Assembly: GCA_021647905.1 (NCBI GenBank)
Contig: JAKITW010000004.1
Location: 2,123 to 66,122, forward strand
Length of the DNA: 64,000 nt
Source of the DNA: Desulfobacterales bacterium
GTDB taxonomy: Bacteria > Desulfobacterota > Desulfobulbia > Desulfobulbales > BM004
Direction of reading: 5' to 3'
The notes under the pieces were generated by a model. It saw only the letters and a program-made list of their open reading frames with translations. It had not been told where the DNA came from and made no database searches. Positions 9,230-19,233 of this stretch are shown one piece after another. How positions within the stretch are numbered: position 1 is the first letter of the stretch; every line of letters starts with the position of its first letter. A program made the translations under genes and the position numbers.

Positions 9230-9808
9230 CTACCCTTCGGATGCCGAAGGCAGGGCGCAAGGCCCGCCGACGCAGCATACCTCGATATCAAATGCATTCA
9301 AAATCCGCAGCTCCCGTTCCCGGCGGCCCGGGTCGGCAAAGGGCTCGAAACGCAGGGTATCGAGCAACTGCTCCGCCCTTGCCCGATCCGGGATGGAGTC
9401 CAGGCCGGAGGCAAGGACCTTGCCGCGGTGAGTGTCCAACAACTCGGCATCCCGGCCATTGGTCACCACGGCCAGGGGAATCCGGTATTCCGGTTCCAGG
9501 ACCCGGGCCGCGGCAATGGCCGGACGTTCCCTGGTAACCAGGGAGCCGGGTCCGTAGCGGATGATCATCAGGCGGCGGTGATGGAGCCTGATGGTGAAAT
9601 CAATACCTGAGGTCACGAATTGGCCGGCAAACATGGTCTCGATCTTCAGCCGCGGCTCGATCTCGGCCTTGGCATAGTTCTTCTCCGCGACCAGGAAGCG
9701 GGCCAGTTTCTGACGCAACCGCTCGTCATCGGTATCCACCACCTGCTCACCGGTGATAAAGTCGGCGGTAAGCCCATAGACGATATGGTGGGTCGGGATG
9801 TCGCTCAT
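9230..9808 (-). CDS. Hypothetical protein, possibly HsdR N-terminal-domain-like (PD-(D/E)xK fold)
   Basis: ITGEQVVDTDDERLRQKLARFLVAEKNYAKAEIE resembles the stand-alone type I restriction HsdR_N domain family. This is recall-based and has no HMM support. Alternative GTG start at 9847. Confidence 0.4.
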   Translation of the reverse strand: MSDIPTHHIVYGLTADFITGEQVVDTDDERLRQKLARFLVAEKNYAKAEIEPRLKIETMFAGQFVTSGIDFTIRLHHRRLMIIRYGPGSLVTRERPAIAAARVLEPEYRIPLAVVTNGRDAELLDTHRGKVLASGLDSIPDRARAEQLLDTLRFEPFADPGRRERELRILNAFDIEVCCVGGPCALPSASEG

Positions 9809-9930
9809 CTTTTCCGCCTGGAGAGGAAACGCAAAAAGGGGGCTCACCGCCCCCTTTTTGCACCGTGTTCCCGGGCCGGCCCCTTTGCAGGGCTGCCCGG
9901 GCCAAGTCGCGATTTCCGGTCGGTTGAGGC

Positions 9931-10827
9931 TTACAACTCCAGCCAGGACTCAGAGAACACCGACTGGCCGGCCAGGACCTTGTAGGTCTTGTAATGCTCA
10001 AGTTCAGTGCCCGCAAGACCGGCGCTGCCGGGATCGTTGCCATCCATCATCCCGTGGACCAGGTTGACCAGGTTCTGGCGTTCGCCCTTGCAGATCGCCA
10101 TCAGTTCCTTGTCATAGGAGTTGACAATGGCGGTGCTGAGCCCGTGTTTCATCAGCATGATCAGGTAGGTCCGGTCCAGGTATTTGCGCAGATGCTCGGC
10201 CACCCCGTTGGACACGTTGGACAGGCCCACGGTGGAGCCGGCGCCCGGGGCGATATCCTTGAGCATGCCCAGGAATTCAAGGCCGGATGCGATCTGGTCG
10301 GCCCCCAGGGTGATCGGGGTGGCAATGGGATCAAAGAGCATCTTCTCATTGGGGATTCCGGCCTCGGTCAGGGCCATCATCAGGTCCACCGACATGGCGG
10401 CCCGCTCGTTGGAGTCCCGCGGCATGCCGTCCGGTCCCCAGAGCAGGGCGATAACATTGCAGCCAGCCTCGGCGGCAACCGGGATCAGCTTTTCCATCCG
10501 CTCGGGCTGGGCCGAGATCGAGTTCATGATCGCGGCCTCCTTGTTGGCAACCACCTTGAACCCGGCGGCCATGGCCGCGGTATTGGTGGTGTCCAGACAG
10601 AGGGGGGTGTCGCTCACCGCCTGGACCGTCTCAACCACCCAGGGCATCAACTCGGTGCCGTCTTTCCTGGCCGGGCCGATGTTCAGGTCAAGGTAGGCGG
10701 CGCCGGCCGCGCTCTCTTCCCTGGCCATCTCCTGGACCGGACCGGGGTTCCTTTCCTTCATGGCCGTGCCGCTGCGCTTGCCCATTATGTTGATGCTTTC
10801 CGCGATACTTAATACCGTGTTTGCCAT
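9931..10827 (-). CDS. acsE: Pterin-binding methyltetrahydrofolate:corrinoid methyltransferase (AcsE-like)
   Basis: DHPS-like pterin-binding motifs are present (GAAYLDLNIGP, PLCLDTTN, MNSIS, LSNVSNG). The ATG at 10827 has AAAGGAGA 6 nt upstream; the listed ORF begins two codons earlier at a TTG. Confidence 0.75.
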   Translation of the reverse strand: MANTVLSIAESINIMGKRSGTAMKERNPGPVQEMAREESAAGAAYLDLNIGPARKDGTELMPWVVETVQAVSDTPLCLDTTNTAAMAAGFKVVANKEAAIMNSISAQPERMEKLIPVAAEAGCNVIALLWGPDGMPRDSNERAAMSVDLMMALTEAGIPNEKMLFDPIATPITLGADQIASGLEFLGMLKDIAPGAGSTVGLSNVSNGVAEHLRKYLDRTYLIMLMKHGLSTAIVNSYDKELMAICKGERQNLVNLVHGMMDGNDPGSAGLAGTELEHYKTYKVLAGQSVFSESWLEL

Positions 10828-10916
10828 TATCAATCTCCTTTGTCGGTCTTGACGGTCATCATGGCGACCGCCGTTGCTGTCAAAACCCGTGCCTTATATC
10901 TGGATTACAAAAAATC

Positions 10917-10929
10917 GTAAGCGTTCACC
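10917..10929 (-). promoter_or_regulatory. Copy of the GGTGAAC-S-GTTAC motif (cccccGGTGAACGCTTACgatt on the minus strand), about 90 nt upstream of acsE
   Basis: One mismatch to the 13-mer. The flank ..TTACGATT.. is shared with the copy at 49449. Confidence 0.5.
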
Positions 10930-10985
10930 GGGGGCACAAAAGATGCAAATCCCCGCGCCCTGTCCTGAACAAGAAATAATTTTTC

Positions 10986-11014
10986 AAAATAGCGTGGAAG
11001 ATCCGTGATGTCAA
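10986..11014 (-). promoter_or_regulatory. Putative sigma70-type promoter for acsE
   Basis: On the minus strand it reads TTGACA-N17-TATTTT, immediately downstream of the RACo stop codon. Confidence 0.35.
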
Positions 11015-11036
11015 CCAGGAACATTCCGGTGTATCC

Positions 11037-12974
11037 CTACTCCGGGTCCTCCAGTTTTTCCCTGACCGTGGGGAACAGGTCCATGTCGGTATGGGGCAGA
11101 AAGAGCGAGGCCATGTAGTGGTTCATGAAATCAGGGTTCTCGGAGAGTTCCATATTGGTCATCAACCGGCTGACCATGGTCCGTTCCCGGAACCGTTTGT
11201 GGTCGGTCAGGCTGATCTGGGCGCCGAGCAGGGAGGCATTGCCGAGATAGTAGAAACGGTCCCGGTCGATGTCCGGCAGCAGGCCGATGCAGATGGCCCG
11301 TTCCAGGTCGATATAGTTGCCGAAGTTGCCGGCCAGAATCACCCGGTCCAGGTCGGCAAAGTCCATGCCCACCGATTCCAGCAGGGTCTTGTAGCCGGCA
11401 AACATCGCCCCCTTGGCCCGCATCAGATTGTCCAGATCCACCTCGGTGATCACGATGTCGTCGCCCACCGCGTCCTTGGCCCAGGCAAGCACATACTCGT
11501 AACCATCCATCCCTTCCCGGATCCGGGGATGGTCCAGGGTCCGCTTGAACTTGCCGCGCTGGTCGATCACCCCGGCCTCCAGCAACTCGGACACGATGCT
11601 GATCAGGCCGGAGCCGCAGATGCCCCCCGGCTTGGTCAGATCAATGGTGATGATCATCGGCTCCAGGCTCTCGGGATGGATATGAAAATTTTCAATGGCC
11701 CCGCTGCTGGCCCGCATCCCGTGTTTGATCCCGCCCCCCTCAAAGGCCGGGCCGGCGGAACAGGCGGCGCAGACCATCCACTCCTGGTTGCCGACCACGA
11801 TTTCGCCGTTGGTGCCGATATCGATGAACAGGGTCAACTCCGGGCTCTTGTACATCTGGCAGGCGTGAACCCCGGCAATGATGTCGCCGCCCACATAACT
11901 CGCCACCGAGGGATAGAGAAACAGCCGCACCGAGGGATGGGCGGCAATGCCCAGGCCGGCAGCCCGGGTAAGGGGGAACTGGCTGCAGGTCGGGGTATAG
12001 GGCGACTCGCGGATAAACTTGGGATCAAGACCCAGGAGCAGGTGGGACATGATGGTGTTGCCGGCGGCCATGATGTAGCTGATGTCGCTGGGACTGATGA
12101 TCACCTTTTTGCACACCGAATCGATCACGCTGTTCAGGGTATGGACAACCCGTTCCTGGAGGGCCTTGAGGCCGCCGGGCCGCTGGGAGTAGACGATCCG
12201 GGAAATGACGTCCTCGCCGTAGCGGATCTGTTCGTTGTAAGCCGAGGCCTCGGCAATGATTTTGCCGCTGTTCAAGTCGATCAGCGCCCCGCAGACCGTG
12301 GTGGTGCCGATATCCACGGCCAGGCCGTAAAGTGCGTCGGTGGTGTCGCCGGGTTCCACCGCAATGATCCGGTCCGGCTCCTCGGCCAGCCGGCCGCGCA
12401 ACAGGATGGTGGTCACCCGCCACTCTTTTTCACGGAGGGCAAAGGGCAGTTCGCGGAGCAGTCCCGGATGATCGTAGGAAGGCTCCTTGCAGTCGTGACA
12501 ACTCTTGCGGATCGCCCTTATCAGCCGTTGCAGGTCGGGAATGTTGTCTTCCAGGGTCGGCTTCGGGAGTTGCAGACATCTTTTCTCCACCGGCGGGTCC
12601 ACCTCCCAGGTCCCGATTAACGGGACCATCGAGCGGGCGGAAATGGACCGGGTGGTCTTGGGCTTCCGCTTGAGAGCGCGGCCTTCCTTGGCCCCGGACT
12701 CCGGGAGCCGCACCACCAGGTCCGAGAGCACCCGGGACTGGCAGGCCAGTTGGAAACCATTATCCCGGTCGGTTTGCTTCAACTGCACCGCCTGGTCAAC
12801 GGCAACCTCGCCCTGTTCGATCTTGACCTTGCACTTGCCGCAGACCCCGTCGCCGCCGCAGAAGGCGTGGATGTATACCCCGGCAACAGCGGCGACATTT
12901 AACAGGTTTTCCCCCTTGTCCACGCTGACCCTGGTGTTGTCAGGGAGAAACTGTACGGTTTTTTTCTCTGCCAT
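11037..12974 (-). CDS. Corrinoid reductive activase (RACo-type: 2Fe-2S ferredoxin domain plus ASKHA ATPase, DUF4445)
   Basis: The N-terminus is plant-type ferredoxin-like (CGGDGVCGKCKV). Then come AVDIGTTTV and IDIGTNGE ASKHA phosphate motifs and a conserved C-terminal DUF4445-like region. Confidence 0.85.
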   Translation of the reverse strand: MAEKKTVQFLPDNTRVSVDKGENLLNVAAVAGVYIHAFCGGDGVCGKCKVKIEQGEVAVDQAVQLKQTDRDNGFQLACQSRVLSDLVVRLPESGAKEGRALKRKPKTTRSISARSMVPLIGTWEVDPPVEKRCLQLPKPTLEDNIPDLQRLIRAIRKSCHDCKEPSYDHPGLLRELPFALREKEWRVTTILLRGRLAEEPDRIIAVEPGDTTDALYGLAVDIGTTTVCGALIDLNSGKIIAEASAYNEQIRYGEDVISRIVYSQRPGGLKALQERVVHTLNSVIDSVCKKVIISPSDISYIMAAGNTIMSHLLLGLDPKFIRESPYTPTCSQFPLTRAAGLGIAAHPSVRLFLYPSVASYVGGDIIAGVHACQMYKSPELTLFIDIGTNGEIVVGNQEWMVCAACSAGPAFEGGGIKHGMRASSGAIENFHIHPESLEPMIITIDLTKPGGICGSGLISIVSELLEAGVIDQRGKFKRTLDHPRIREGMDGYEYVLAWAKDAVGDDIVITEVDLDNLMRAKGAMFAGYKTLLESVGMDFADLDRVILAGNFGNYIDLERAICIGLLPDIDRDRFYYLGNASLLGAQISLTDHKRFRERTMVSRLMTNMELSENPDFMNHYMASLFLPHTDMDLFPTVREKLEDPE

Positions 12975-13058
12975 GGATACCTTACGCCTGAATCATATTT
13001 TCTCTGCTTTCCGAACCTTTTCCCGGAAGAGGCCGGGCAAGAACAAAGACAAACCGGC

Positions 13059-13088
13059 AGAATAGCAGGAACCTTTTCAGGTTGTCAA
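13059..13088 (-). promoter_or_regulatory. Putative sigma70-type promoter upstream of the RACo gene
   Basis: On the minus strand it reads TTGACA-N18-TATTCT, 85-115 nt upstream of the ATG at 12974. Confidence 0.3.
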
Positions 13089-13299
13089 GGAGGCGTATTT
13101 CCGGCAGGATCGCGATTCTTTTTGTGAAACAAGAAAATTGCCGCCCTTCCAGCCGGGCCCTGAGCCCTGCCATAACCTGCTCCATGCTCTCCGGTCCCGG
13201 CTTGCCGGCACGCTCGGGATCAAACTCGCCGATCTTCAGCTCGATGGCGACCGATAAAGCAGAAACCATGGCCTAGTTCAAAAAGGGGATAAATCGGGA

Positions 13300-13872
13300 T
13301 CAGCGCACCGTGCAGATCACCCGGCCCTCGACCCGGACATCGTTGCTGTCCAGGTAGTAGCGCAGCCGCTGGCCCGTGACCTGAAACCGCTCGCCGGTTA
13401 CCGTGACGCCGTTGTCAGCCAGCAGCAGCCGCTTCTTTTCCTGGAAGCGGAGCTGCGGGGTATGCATCTCATAACCGTTGGCCGTCTTGACCGTCACCTT
13501 GTCGTTGATGCTGAGCAGTTGGCGATCGGCCTGGTACCGGGCCCGGTCGCCGCTGATCGTGGTCCGCTGATCGTGGTCATCACCGATAAACTCGGCCTGC
13601 ACCCTAATCAGCCGGATATCATCCTCCGACCCGGCGGTATAGAGGCTTGCCGCCTTGAGCCGCCACTGCTGTTTCCCCTTGTTGCACTGGGTAAAGACGA
13701 TATCCTCCATGACAAAGGTCTTGCCAACGGACTTCAGCTCCGCCCCCTTGACACTGGTCTCGCTGACCCGGGGCCGCAGGAATCGGGCCGCCGGCGGCCC
13801 CCAGAGCGGGGATGTAATCAGGGCGGTCAGGGGAATTATCCAGAACAGGTGCCGCGCGGGAACGGTCTTCAT
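13300..13872 (-). CDS. lptC: LPS export system protein LptC
   Basis: 190 aa with an N-terminal membrane anchor and a beta-jellyroll-like repeat pattern. Its position directly after kdsC is the conserved kdsC-lptC order. Confidence 0.7.
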   Translation of the reverse strand: MKTVPARHLFWIIPLTALITSPLWGPPAARFLRPRVSETSVKGAELKSVGKTFVMEDIVFTQCNKGKQQWRLKAASLYTAGSEDDIRLIRVQAEFIGDDHDQRTTISGDRARYQADRQLLSINDKVTVKTANGYEMHTPQLRFQEKKRLLLADNGVTVTGERFQVTGQRLRYYLDSNDVRVEGRVICTVR

Positions 13873-13874
13873 CT

Positions 13875-14534
13875 TCAGCCCCCTTTACGCAGATATCTGT
13901 TCAACAACTCCCAATGCACGCCCCTGGCCTCCAAGATCAGATCGCAGACCTCGCGCACCGCGCCGTGGCCGCCGGGGTTTTCAGTGACATAATCGACCCG
14001 CTGCCGCACCTCGGCCACCCCATCGGCCACGGTTGCGCTGAAGCCGGCCCGGGTGAGCAGGGGCAGATCCAGCCAGTCGTCGCCCATATAGGCGACCTCG
14101 GCCGGGGTCAGGGAGAGCTCTTTCAGCAGTTTCTCAAAGATCTCCAGCTTGTTTCCCGACTTCTGGTACACATGTTTGAGCTTCAGTTCCTCGGCCCGCC
14201 GGGTCACCGCCTTGGAGCTGCGAGCGGTTATCAACCCCACCTCGACCCCGCCCTGCTGCAGAATTCTCAAGCCGAACCCGTCCCGGGTATGGAACGATTT
14301 TATCTCGTTGCCGTCATCGGTATAGGTGATGGTGCCGTTGGTAAGCACCCCGTCCACGTCCAGCAGCAGCAGCTTGACCGGCCGGGCCTGTTCCAGGCAG
14401 GCCCGCCATTCCGGCCGCCGGGCCGCTGGCTCCTGCCGCTCCCGGGCCCGCTGCCGCAGGGCCTCGGTCAGTTCACAGTCCGACGGGTAGCCACCCTTGC
14501 CCGGGGGGCAGAACTCATGGTTTCCATTACTCAT
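13875..14534 (-). CDS. kdsC: KDO 8-phosphate phosphatase (HAD superfamily)
   Basis: LLLLDVDGVLTNG, FHTRDG and YMGDDWLDLP motifs are present. The ATG at 14534 overlaps the kdsA stop (ATGA), so I prefer it to the ORF start at 14648. Confidence 0.85.
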   Translation of the reverse strand: MSNGNHEFCPPGKGGYPSDCELTEALRQRARERQEPAARRPEWRACLEQARPVKLLLLDVDGVLTNGTITYTDDGNEIKSFHTRDGFGLRILQQGGVEVGLITARSSKAVTRRAEELKLKHVYQKSGNKLEIFEKLLKELSLTPAEVAYMGDDWLDLPLLTRAGFSATVADGVAEVRQRVDYVTENPGGHGAVREVCDLILEARGVHWELLNRYLRKGG

Positions 14535-15400
14535 AGGTTGACCATTCCCGAATCGGTCGCGGTCTCGGCAACCGCGGCCCGGATCTTGAGCAGGCAACGG
14601 AGCAGCGGCTCCAGTTGCTCCAGGTCCAGGGAGTTGGGACCATCGCACAGGGCATGGTCCGGATCAGGGTGAACTTCCAGGAAAAGGCCGTCAATACCGG
14701 TTGCCGTTGCGGCCCGGGTCAGCGGACCGATAAACTGGCGCTGGCCCGAGGAACTGGCGCCGGCGCCGCCGGGGAGCTGAACACTGTGGGTGGCGTCGTA
14801 GATCACCGGGCAGCCCAGGGAACGCATGATCACCAGGCCGCGCATATCCACCACCAGATTGTTGTACCCCAGGGAAAAACCGCGTTCGGTTAAAAGAATT
14901 TTTTTACTGCCCGCGCTGCGCAGTTTCCGCACCGCATTCTCCATATCCCACGGGGCGAGGAACTGGCCTTTCTTGAGATTGACCACCTTGCCGCTTCGGG
15001 CCGCTGCCACCAGCAGGTCGGTCTGGCGGCTCAAAAAGGCGGGTATCTGCAGGACATCGAGGACCTCGGCCGCCGGCGCGACCTGAACGGTTTCGTGCAC
15101 ATCAGAGACCACCGGCACCTGGAATTCGGCCCGGATATCGGCCAGCATCCGCAACCCCTTTTCCAGGCCCGGCCCGCGAAAAGAGGTCAGCGAGGTCCGG
15201 TTGGCCTTATCGAACGAGGCCTTGAAAACATAGGGCAGGCCGAGGCGCGAAGCGATCGCCTTGACCCCGGCCGCCACCTGCCGGGCAAGTTCCATCGACT
15301 CGAGCACGCAGGGACCGGCGATGAGCAACAGGGGTCGGCCGGGGCCGATGGCAATGGGAGGGGTGTTATCGCCAACCCCGGGAATGGTCACGGCATCCAT
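14531..15400 (-). CDS. kdsA: 3-deoxy-8-phosphooctulonate (KDO8P) synthase
   Basis: LLLIAGPCVLES, YVFKASFDKANRTS, VVSDVHE and IYDATHSVQLPGG motifs are present. Confidence 0.93.
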   Translation of the reverse strand: MDAVTIPGVGDNTPPIAIGPGRPLLLIAGPCVLESMELARQVAAGVKAIASRLGLPYVFKASFDKANRTSLTSFRGPGLEKGLRMLADIRAEFQVPVVSDVHETVQVAPAAEVLDVLQIPAFLSRQTDLLVAAARSGKVVNLKKGQFLAPWDMENAVRKLRSAGSKKILLTERGFSLGYNNLVVDMRGLVIMRSLGCPVIYDATHSVQLPGGAGASSSGQRQFIGPLTRAATATGIDGLFLEVHPDPDHALCDGPNSLDLEQLEPLLRCLLKIRAAVAETATDSGMVNL

Positions 15401-15413
15401 TTCCGCACCCTAC

Positions 15414-17075
15414 TTAAGTGGTGGAAAAGGTGAGCGCGGCCTTGATAAAGGCCCGGAACAGGGGATGCGGCTGCATCGGTTTGGACTTGAACTCAGGGTG
15501 AAACTGGCAGCCCAGAAACCAGGGATGGTCGGCCAGCTCGACGATCTCCACCAGGGTGTCGTCCGGCGAGGTGCCGCTGATGATCAACCCCTTTTCAACC
15601 AGGGCCTGGCGGAACTCGGGATTGAACTCGTAGCGGTGCCGATGCCGTTCCTGGATCTCATCGGCCTGATAGGCGGCATGGGCCAGGGTATCGGGAGCCA
15701 GGCGGCAGGGGTAGCTGCCCAGACGCAGGGTGCCGCCCTTGTCCGAGGTCTCGTCCCGCACCTGGACCTGCCTGGTGCGGTAGTCGTACCACTCCTTCAT
15801 CAGATAGATCACCAGATGGCTGCTGGTGGAATCGAATTCACCGCTGTTGGCATCGTCCATCCCGGCGATGTTGCGGGCAAACTCCACCACTGCCAGCTGC
15901 ATCCCCAGACAGATGCCGAAAAAGGGAATCTTCCGCTCCCGGGCATAGGTGGTGGCCCGGATCTTGCCGTTCACCCCGCGCTCGCCAAAACCGCCGGGCA
16001 CCAGGATTCCGTGGCAGCCGTCCAGCAGTTGGGAGACATCTTCCATCTCCTCCAGGTCCTCGGCGCTGACGTAGCGCAGTTCCACCCGGGTGTCATTGGC
16101 CACACCGCCATGCACCAGGGCCTCGTGCAGACTCTTGTAGGACTCGGTAAGCTCGACATACTTGCCGATGATGGCAATAGTCACCTGGTGGGCGGGATTA
16201 TTGATCTTTTCAACCAGTTCCACCCAGGGCTCGATCCGCGGCGCCCTGGTCCAGACGTTCAACAGCGACAGGATCTTGTCATCCAGCCCCTCGCGGTGGA
16301 AGTGGACCGGCACCTCGTAGATGCTCTTCACATCCCGGGCAGTGATCACCGCGTCGGTGGGCACGTTGCAGAACAGGGCGATCTTCCTCTTCAGATCCAT
16401 GGACAGCAGCCCCTCGGTACGGCAGAGCAGAATGTCCGGCTGGATGCCGATGGCGCGCAGCTCTCTGACGCTGTGCTGGGTGGGCTTGGTCTTGACCTCG
16501 CCGGCGGTCTTGATATAGGGCACCAGGGTGACGTGGATGAACAGGGTGTTTTCCCGGCCCAGATCAAAACGAAATTGCCGGATCGCCTCCAGAAAGGGCA
16601 GGCTCTCGATATCGCCGATGGTGCCGCCAATCTCGATGATCGCGATATCAACGCTGCCGTCCAGCTGAAGGATGGCGCGCTTGATCTCGTCGGTGATATG
16701 GGGGATCACCTGCACGGTGCCGCCCAGGTACTCGCCGCGCCGCTCCTTGGTGATCACCGAGTAGTAGATCCGGCCCGAGGTATAGTTGTTCTTCTGGGCC
16801 ATCACCGCGTTGGTGTACCGCTCGTAATGGCCCATGTCCAGGTCGCACTCGGCCCCGTCGTCGGTGACGTAGACCTCGCCGTGCTGGAAGGGGTTCATCG
16901 TGCCGGGATCGACATTGATGTACGGGTCCAGCTTCTGAAAGGTGACGGATAATCCCCGGCTTTCCAGAAGGGCGCCGATGGAGGCAGCGGCAAGCCCCTT
17001 GCCCAATGAAGAGAGAACGCCGCCGGTGACGAAAATGAACTTGGTCCGTTGGGGGGGGGTATGTGTAGGTTTCAT
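15414..17075 (-). CDS. pyrG: CTP synthase
   Basis: [41 protein letters not shown] and the GATase motif GICLGMQ are present. The ATG at 17075 (MKPTHT) gives the normal N-terminus. Confidence 0.95.
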   Translation of the reverse strand: MKPTHTPPQRTKFIFVTGGVLSSLGKGLAAASIGALLESRGLSVTFQKLDPYINVDPGTMNPFQHGEVYVTDDGAECDLDMGHYERYTNAVMAQKNNYTSGRIYYSVITKERRGEYLGGTVQVIPHITDEIKRAILQLDGSVDIAIIEIGGTIGDIESLPFLEAIRQFRFDLGRENTLFIHVTLVPYIKTAGEVKTKPTQHSVRELRAIGIQPDILLCRTEGLLSMDLKRKIALFCNVPTDAVITARDVKSIYEVPVHFHREGLDDKILSLLNVWTRAPRIEPWVELVEKINNPAHQVTIAIIGKYVELTESYKSLHEALVHGGVANDTRVELRYVSAEDLEEMEDVSQLLDGCHGILVPGGFGERGVNGKIRATTYARERKIPFFGICLGMQLAVVEFARNIAGMDDANSGEFDSTSSHLVIYLMKEWYDYRTRQVQVRDETSDKGGTLRLGSYPCRLAPDTLAHAAYQADEIQERHRHRYEFNPEFRQALVEKGLIISGTSPDDTLVEIVELADHPWFLGCQFHPEFKSKPMQPHPLFRAFIKAALTFSTT

Positions 17076-17240
17076 GGACAGCCAGTATAGCAACATGCTT
17101 GCCGATTGGCCAAGAAAAAATATAGCCGGTTCCGGAGAATAGTGCAATGCCCTGAAGCACTTGGGCTTCCGGCGGTACGACCTTTTTCCGGCCCGCTCCG
17201 GAACGGAACTCCATCCCTGGGCAAAAAGGCCAAAAAAACT

Positions 17241-17269
17241 TTGACTTCAGCAGGAAGCGCCTTTAAAGT
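17241..17269 (+). promoter_or_regulatory. Putative sigma70-type promoter for the FabI-like/KASIII/AMMECR1 genes
   Basis: TTGACT-N17-TAAAGT, 79 nt upstream of the ATG at 17348. Confidence 0.35.
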
Positions 17270-17347
17270 GCCATTCACGCCGGGTCGCGGGAGCATTCGG
17301 CAGGGCCGCTGCTGCGCGGCCCGGCAAAACACAACCTCCGGATTCAT

Positions 17348-18148
17348 ATGAATTTTCTTGATCTTGACAATAAAAAATTTGTCATCTTCGGACTGGCCAA
17401 CCGCAAATCAGTGGCGTGTGCTATTGGTCAGGTTCTGACCGCGGCCAAGGCCGAGGTCATCCATGTGGTCCGCTCCGAGGAACGGCAACGGACCGCCCGG
17501 AAACTCTTTCCCGAATCCAAGGTCTTTATCTGTGACGTGGAGGATGAGGAAAACATCATCCGGGTGAGTCAGGAGATCGGCCGGGCAATTGACGGCCCTA
17601 TCCACGGGCTGGTCCATTCCATTGCCTTTGCCAATTACAGCGAGGGGATCAAGCCGTTCCACCAGACCAGCAAAAAAGACTTTCTCCAGGCCATGGACAT
17701 CTCCTGCTTCTCGCTGATCTCCATCTGCAACCATTTCAAGGAACTGCTGGCCAAGGACGCCTCGGTGGTAACCATCTCCATCTCCAGCACCCGGATGGCG
17801 GCGGAGAACTACGGCTACATGGCCCCGATCAAGGCGGCCCTGGAGTCATCGCTCTGTTTTCTGGCCAAGAGTTTTTCCCGTTTTTCCCGGGTCCGTTTCA
17901 ACGCGGTCTGCCCGGGGTTGTTAAAGACCTCGGCCTCGGCCGGAATCCCCGGTTATATCGACAGCTACCTCTATGCCGAACAGCTCACCCTGCGAAAAAA
18001 GGCCCTGGCCACCCGGGAGGTGGCGGATACGGCAACATTTCTCCTGTCGGAGCGTTCGTCCGGGATCACCAGCCAATGCCTGGTAATAGATGCCGGCATG
18101 GGGATCAACTATTTTGACGCCGATATCATCAACAAGGCCATTGGCTAG
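17348..18148 (+). CDS. Enoyl-ACP reductase-like SDR (FabI-like)
   Basis: [17 protein letters not shown] (FabI-type Rossmann N-terminus), HSIAFAN, and a ...Y..PIKAA.. catalytic region. Confidence 0.7.
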   Translation: MNFLDLDNKKFVIFGLANRKSVACAIGQVLTAAKAEVIHVVRSEERQRTARKLFPESKVFICDVEDEENIIRVSQEIGRAIDGPIHGLVHSIAFANYSEGIKPFHQTSKKDFLQAMDISCFSLISICNHFKELLAKDASVVTISISSTRMAAENYGYMAPIKAALESSLCFLAKSFSRFSRVRFNAVCPGLLKTSASAGIPGYIDSYLYAEQLTLRKKALATREVADTATFLLSERSSGITSQCLVIDAGMGINYFDADIINKAIG

Positions 18149-18158
18149 GAATACAAAG

Positions 18159-19208
18159 ATGCGCTACCAGAACGTCCGCCTGCACGGCTTCGGCTACCAG
18201 CTTCCGCCCCGGGTGGTGAGTTCCGCTGATATCGAGGAGCAGCTGGCCCCGGTCTACCAGCGGTTGAAACTGCCCCCGGGCCGGCTGGAGCTGATGAGCG
18301 GCATCCGGGAACGGCGGCTCTGGCAGCCGGGCACCAGGCCGAGCAAGGCCGCGGCCCTTGCCGGGGCCAAGGCCCTGGCCGCCTCGGGCATTGGTCCGGA
18401 AAAGGTGGAATGCCTTTTTTTCACCTCGGTCTCCCGGGACATGATGGAGCCGGCCACCGCCTCCTTTGTCCACCGGGAGCTGGGCCTGGCCGACCGCTGC
18501 CTGATATTCGACATCTCCAACGCCTGCCTGGGATTTCTCAACGGGATGATGATGCTCGCCAACATGATCGAACTGGGCCAGGTGGAATGCGGATTGCTGG
18601 TTGCCGGGGAAACCGGCGAGGAGTTGATCGAGTCCACCATCAGCGGGCTGCTCGGTGACCCCGCCTTGACCCGGAAATCGATCAAACCATCCTTTGCCTC
18701 GCTGACCATCGGCTCCGGCGCCGTGGCCCTGGTCATGGGCCGGGCCACCCCGGAAACTCCTGGACAGCGGCTGCGCGGCGGCACCTTTCTGGCCAATACC
18801 GCGCACAACGATCTCTGCCAGGGCGGCCATACCGATGACAGCCACCGGGAGACCGCATCCACCCTGATGGCCACTGATTCGGAGGCCCTGCTGAAAAGGG
18901 GAATCGAGGCCGCGGTTGTCACCTGGCGTAATTTTCTCGTGGAAATGGACTGGACCCCGGCGGAGATCGACACCTTTTTCTGTCATCAGGTGGGCCGGGC
19001 CCATGCCCGGGAGCTGTTCCGGGCCCTGGACCTGGACCCGGCAAAAAATTTCGAGACCCTGGAGACCCTGGGCAACGTGGGCTCGGTCTCGGTACCGGTC
19101 ACCATGGCCCTGGGGCTGGAACAGGGAGCGCTCAAACCCGGGCAAAAGGCCGGGCTCCTGGGGATCGGCAGCGGCATCAACTGTCTGATGCTGGGAGTGG
19201 AATGGTAA
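18159..19208 (+). CDS. 3-oxoacyl-ACP synthase III family protein (FabH-like, divergent)
   Basis: A Cys-His-Asn triad context is present (ISNACLGFLNG, FFCHQVG, LGNVGSVSVP). I used the ATG at 18159 (MRYQNVRLHGFGY). Confidence 0.8.
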   Translation: MRYQNVRLHGFGYQLPPRVVSSADIEEQLAPVYQRLKLPPGRLELMSGIRERRLWQPGTRPSKAAALAGAKALAASGIGPEKVECLFFTSVSRDMMEPATASFVHRELGLADRCLIFDISNACLGFLNGMMMLANMIELGQVECGLLVAGETGEELIESTISGLLGDPALTRKSIKPSFASLTIGSGAVALVMGRATPETPGQRLRGGTFLANTAHNDLCQGGHTDDSHRETASTLMATDSEALLKRGIEAAVVTWRNFLVEMDWTPAEIDTFFCHQVGRAHARELFRALDLDPAKNFETLETLGNVGSVSVPVTMALGLEQGALKPGQKAGLLGIGSGINCLMLGVEW

Positions 19209-19233
19209 GGGGGCAGATGAGGGTACATCGACC

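Noticed and set aside
9156-9278. N-terminal extensions of listed ORFs (DAHP synthase to 9278, pyrG to 17147, kdsC to 14648, mntP to 21693, rsmE from 32556, KASIII from 18090, the hybrid kinase to 48299)
   Set aside because: In each case an internal ATG gives the family-typical N-terminus, has a better ribosome-binding site or an ATGA/short-gap coupling to the upstream gene, and removes overlap with the neighbouring gene.
10828-11036. Possible cobalamin riboswitch upstream of the corrinoid-dependent acsE
   Set aside because: No B12-box-like sequence is present, the region is too short, and it is better explained by a promoter-like site plus the 13-mer motif.
12982-13269. 95-aa ORF between lptC and the RACo gene
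   Set aside because: It has no Shine-Dalgarno sequence. Its second half overlaps a promoter-like TTGACA-N18-TATTCT and reads as hydrophobic low-complexity sequence. No family resemblance is seen. A shorter peptide of about 45 aa cannot be excluded.
15261-16952. 563-aa ORF on the plus strand, antisense to pyrG. The same kind of ORF occurs at 11091-12620 (antisense to RACo), 13914-14672 and 18129-19313.
   Set aside because: These are shadow ORFs opposite strongly supported genes. Their composition is biased (G/A/P/D/H/Q runs) and there are no start-site signals.
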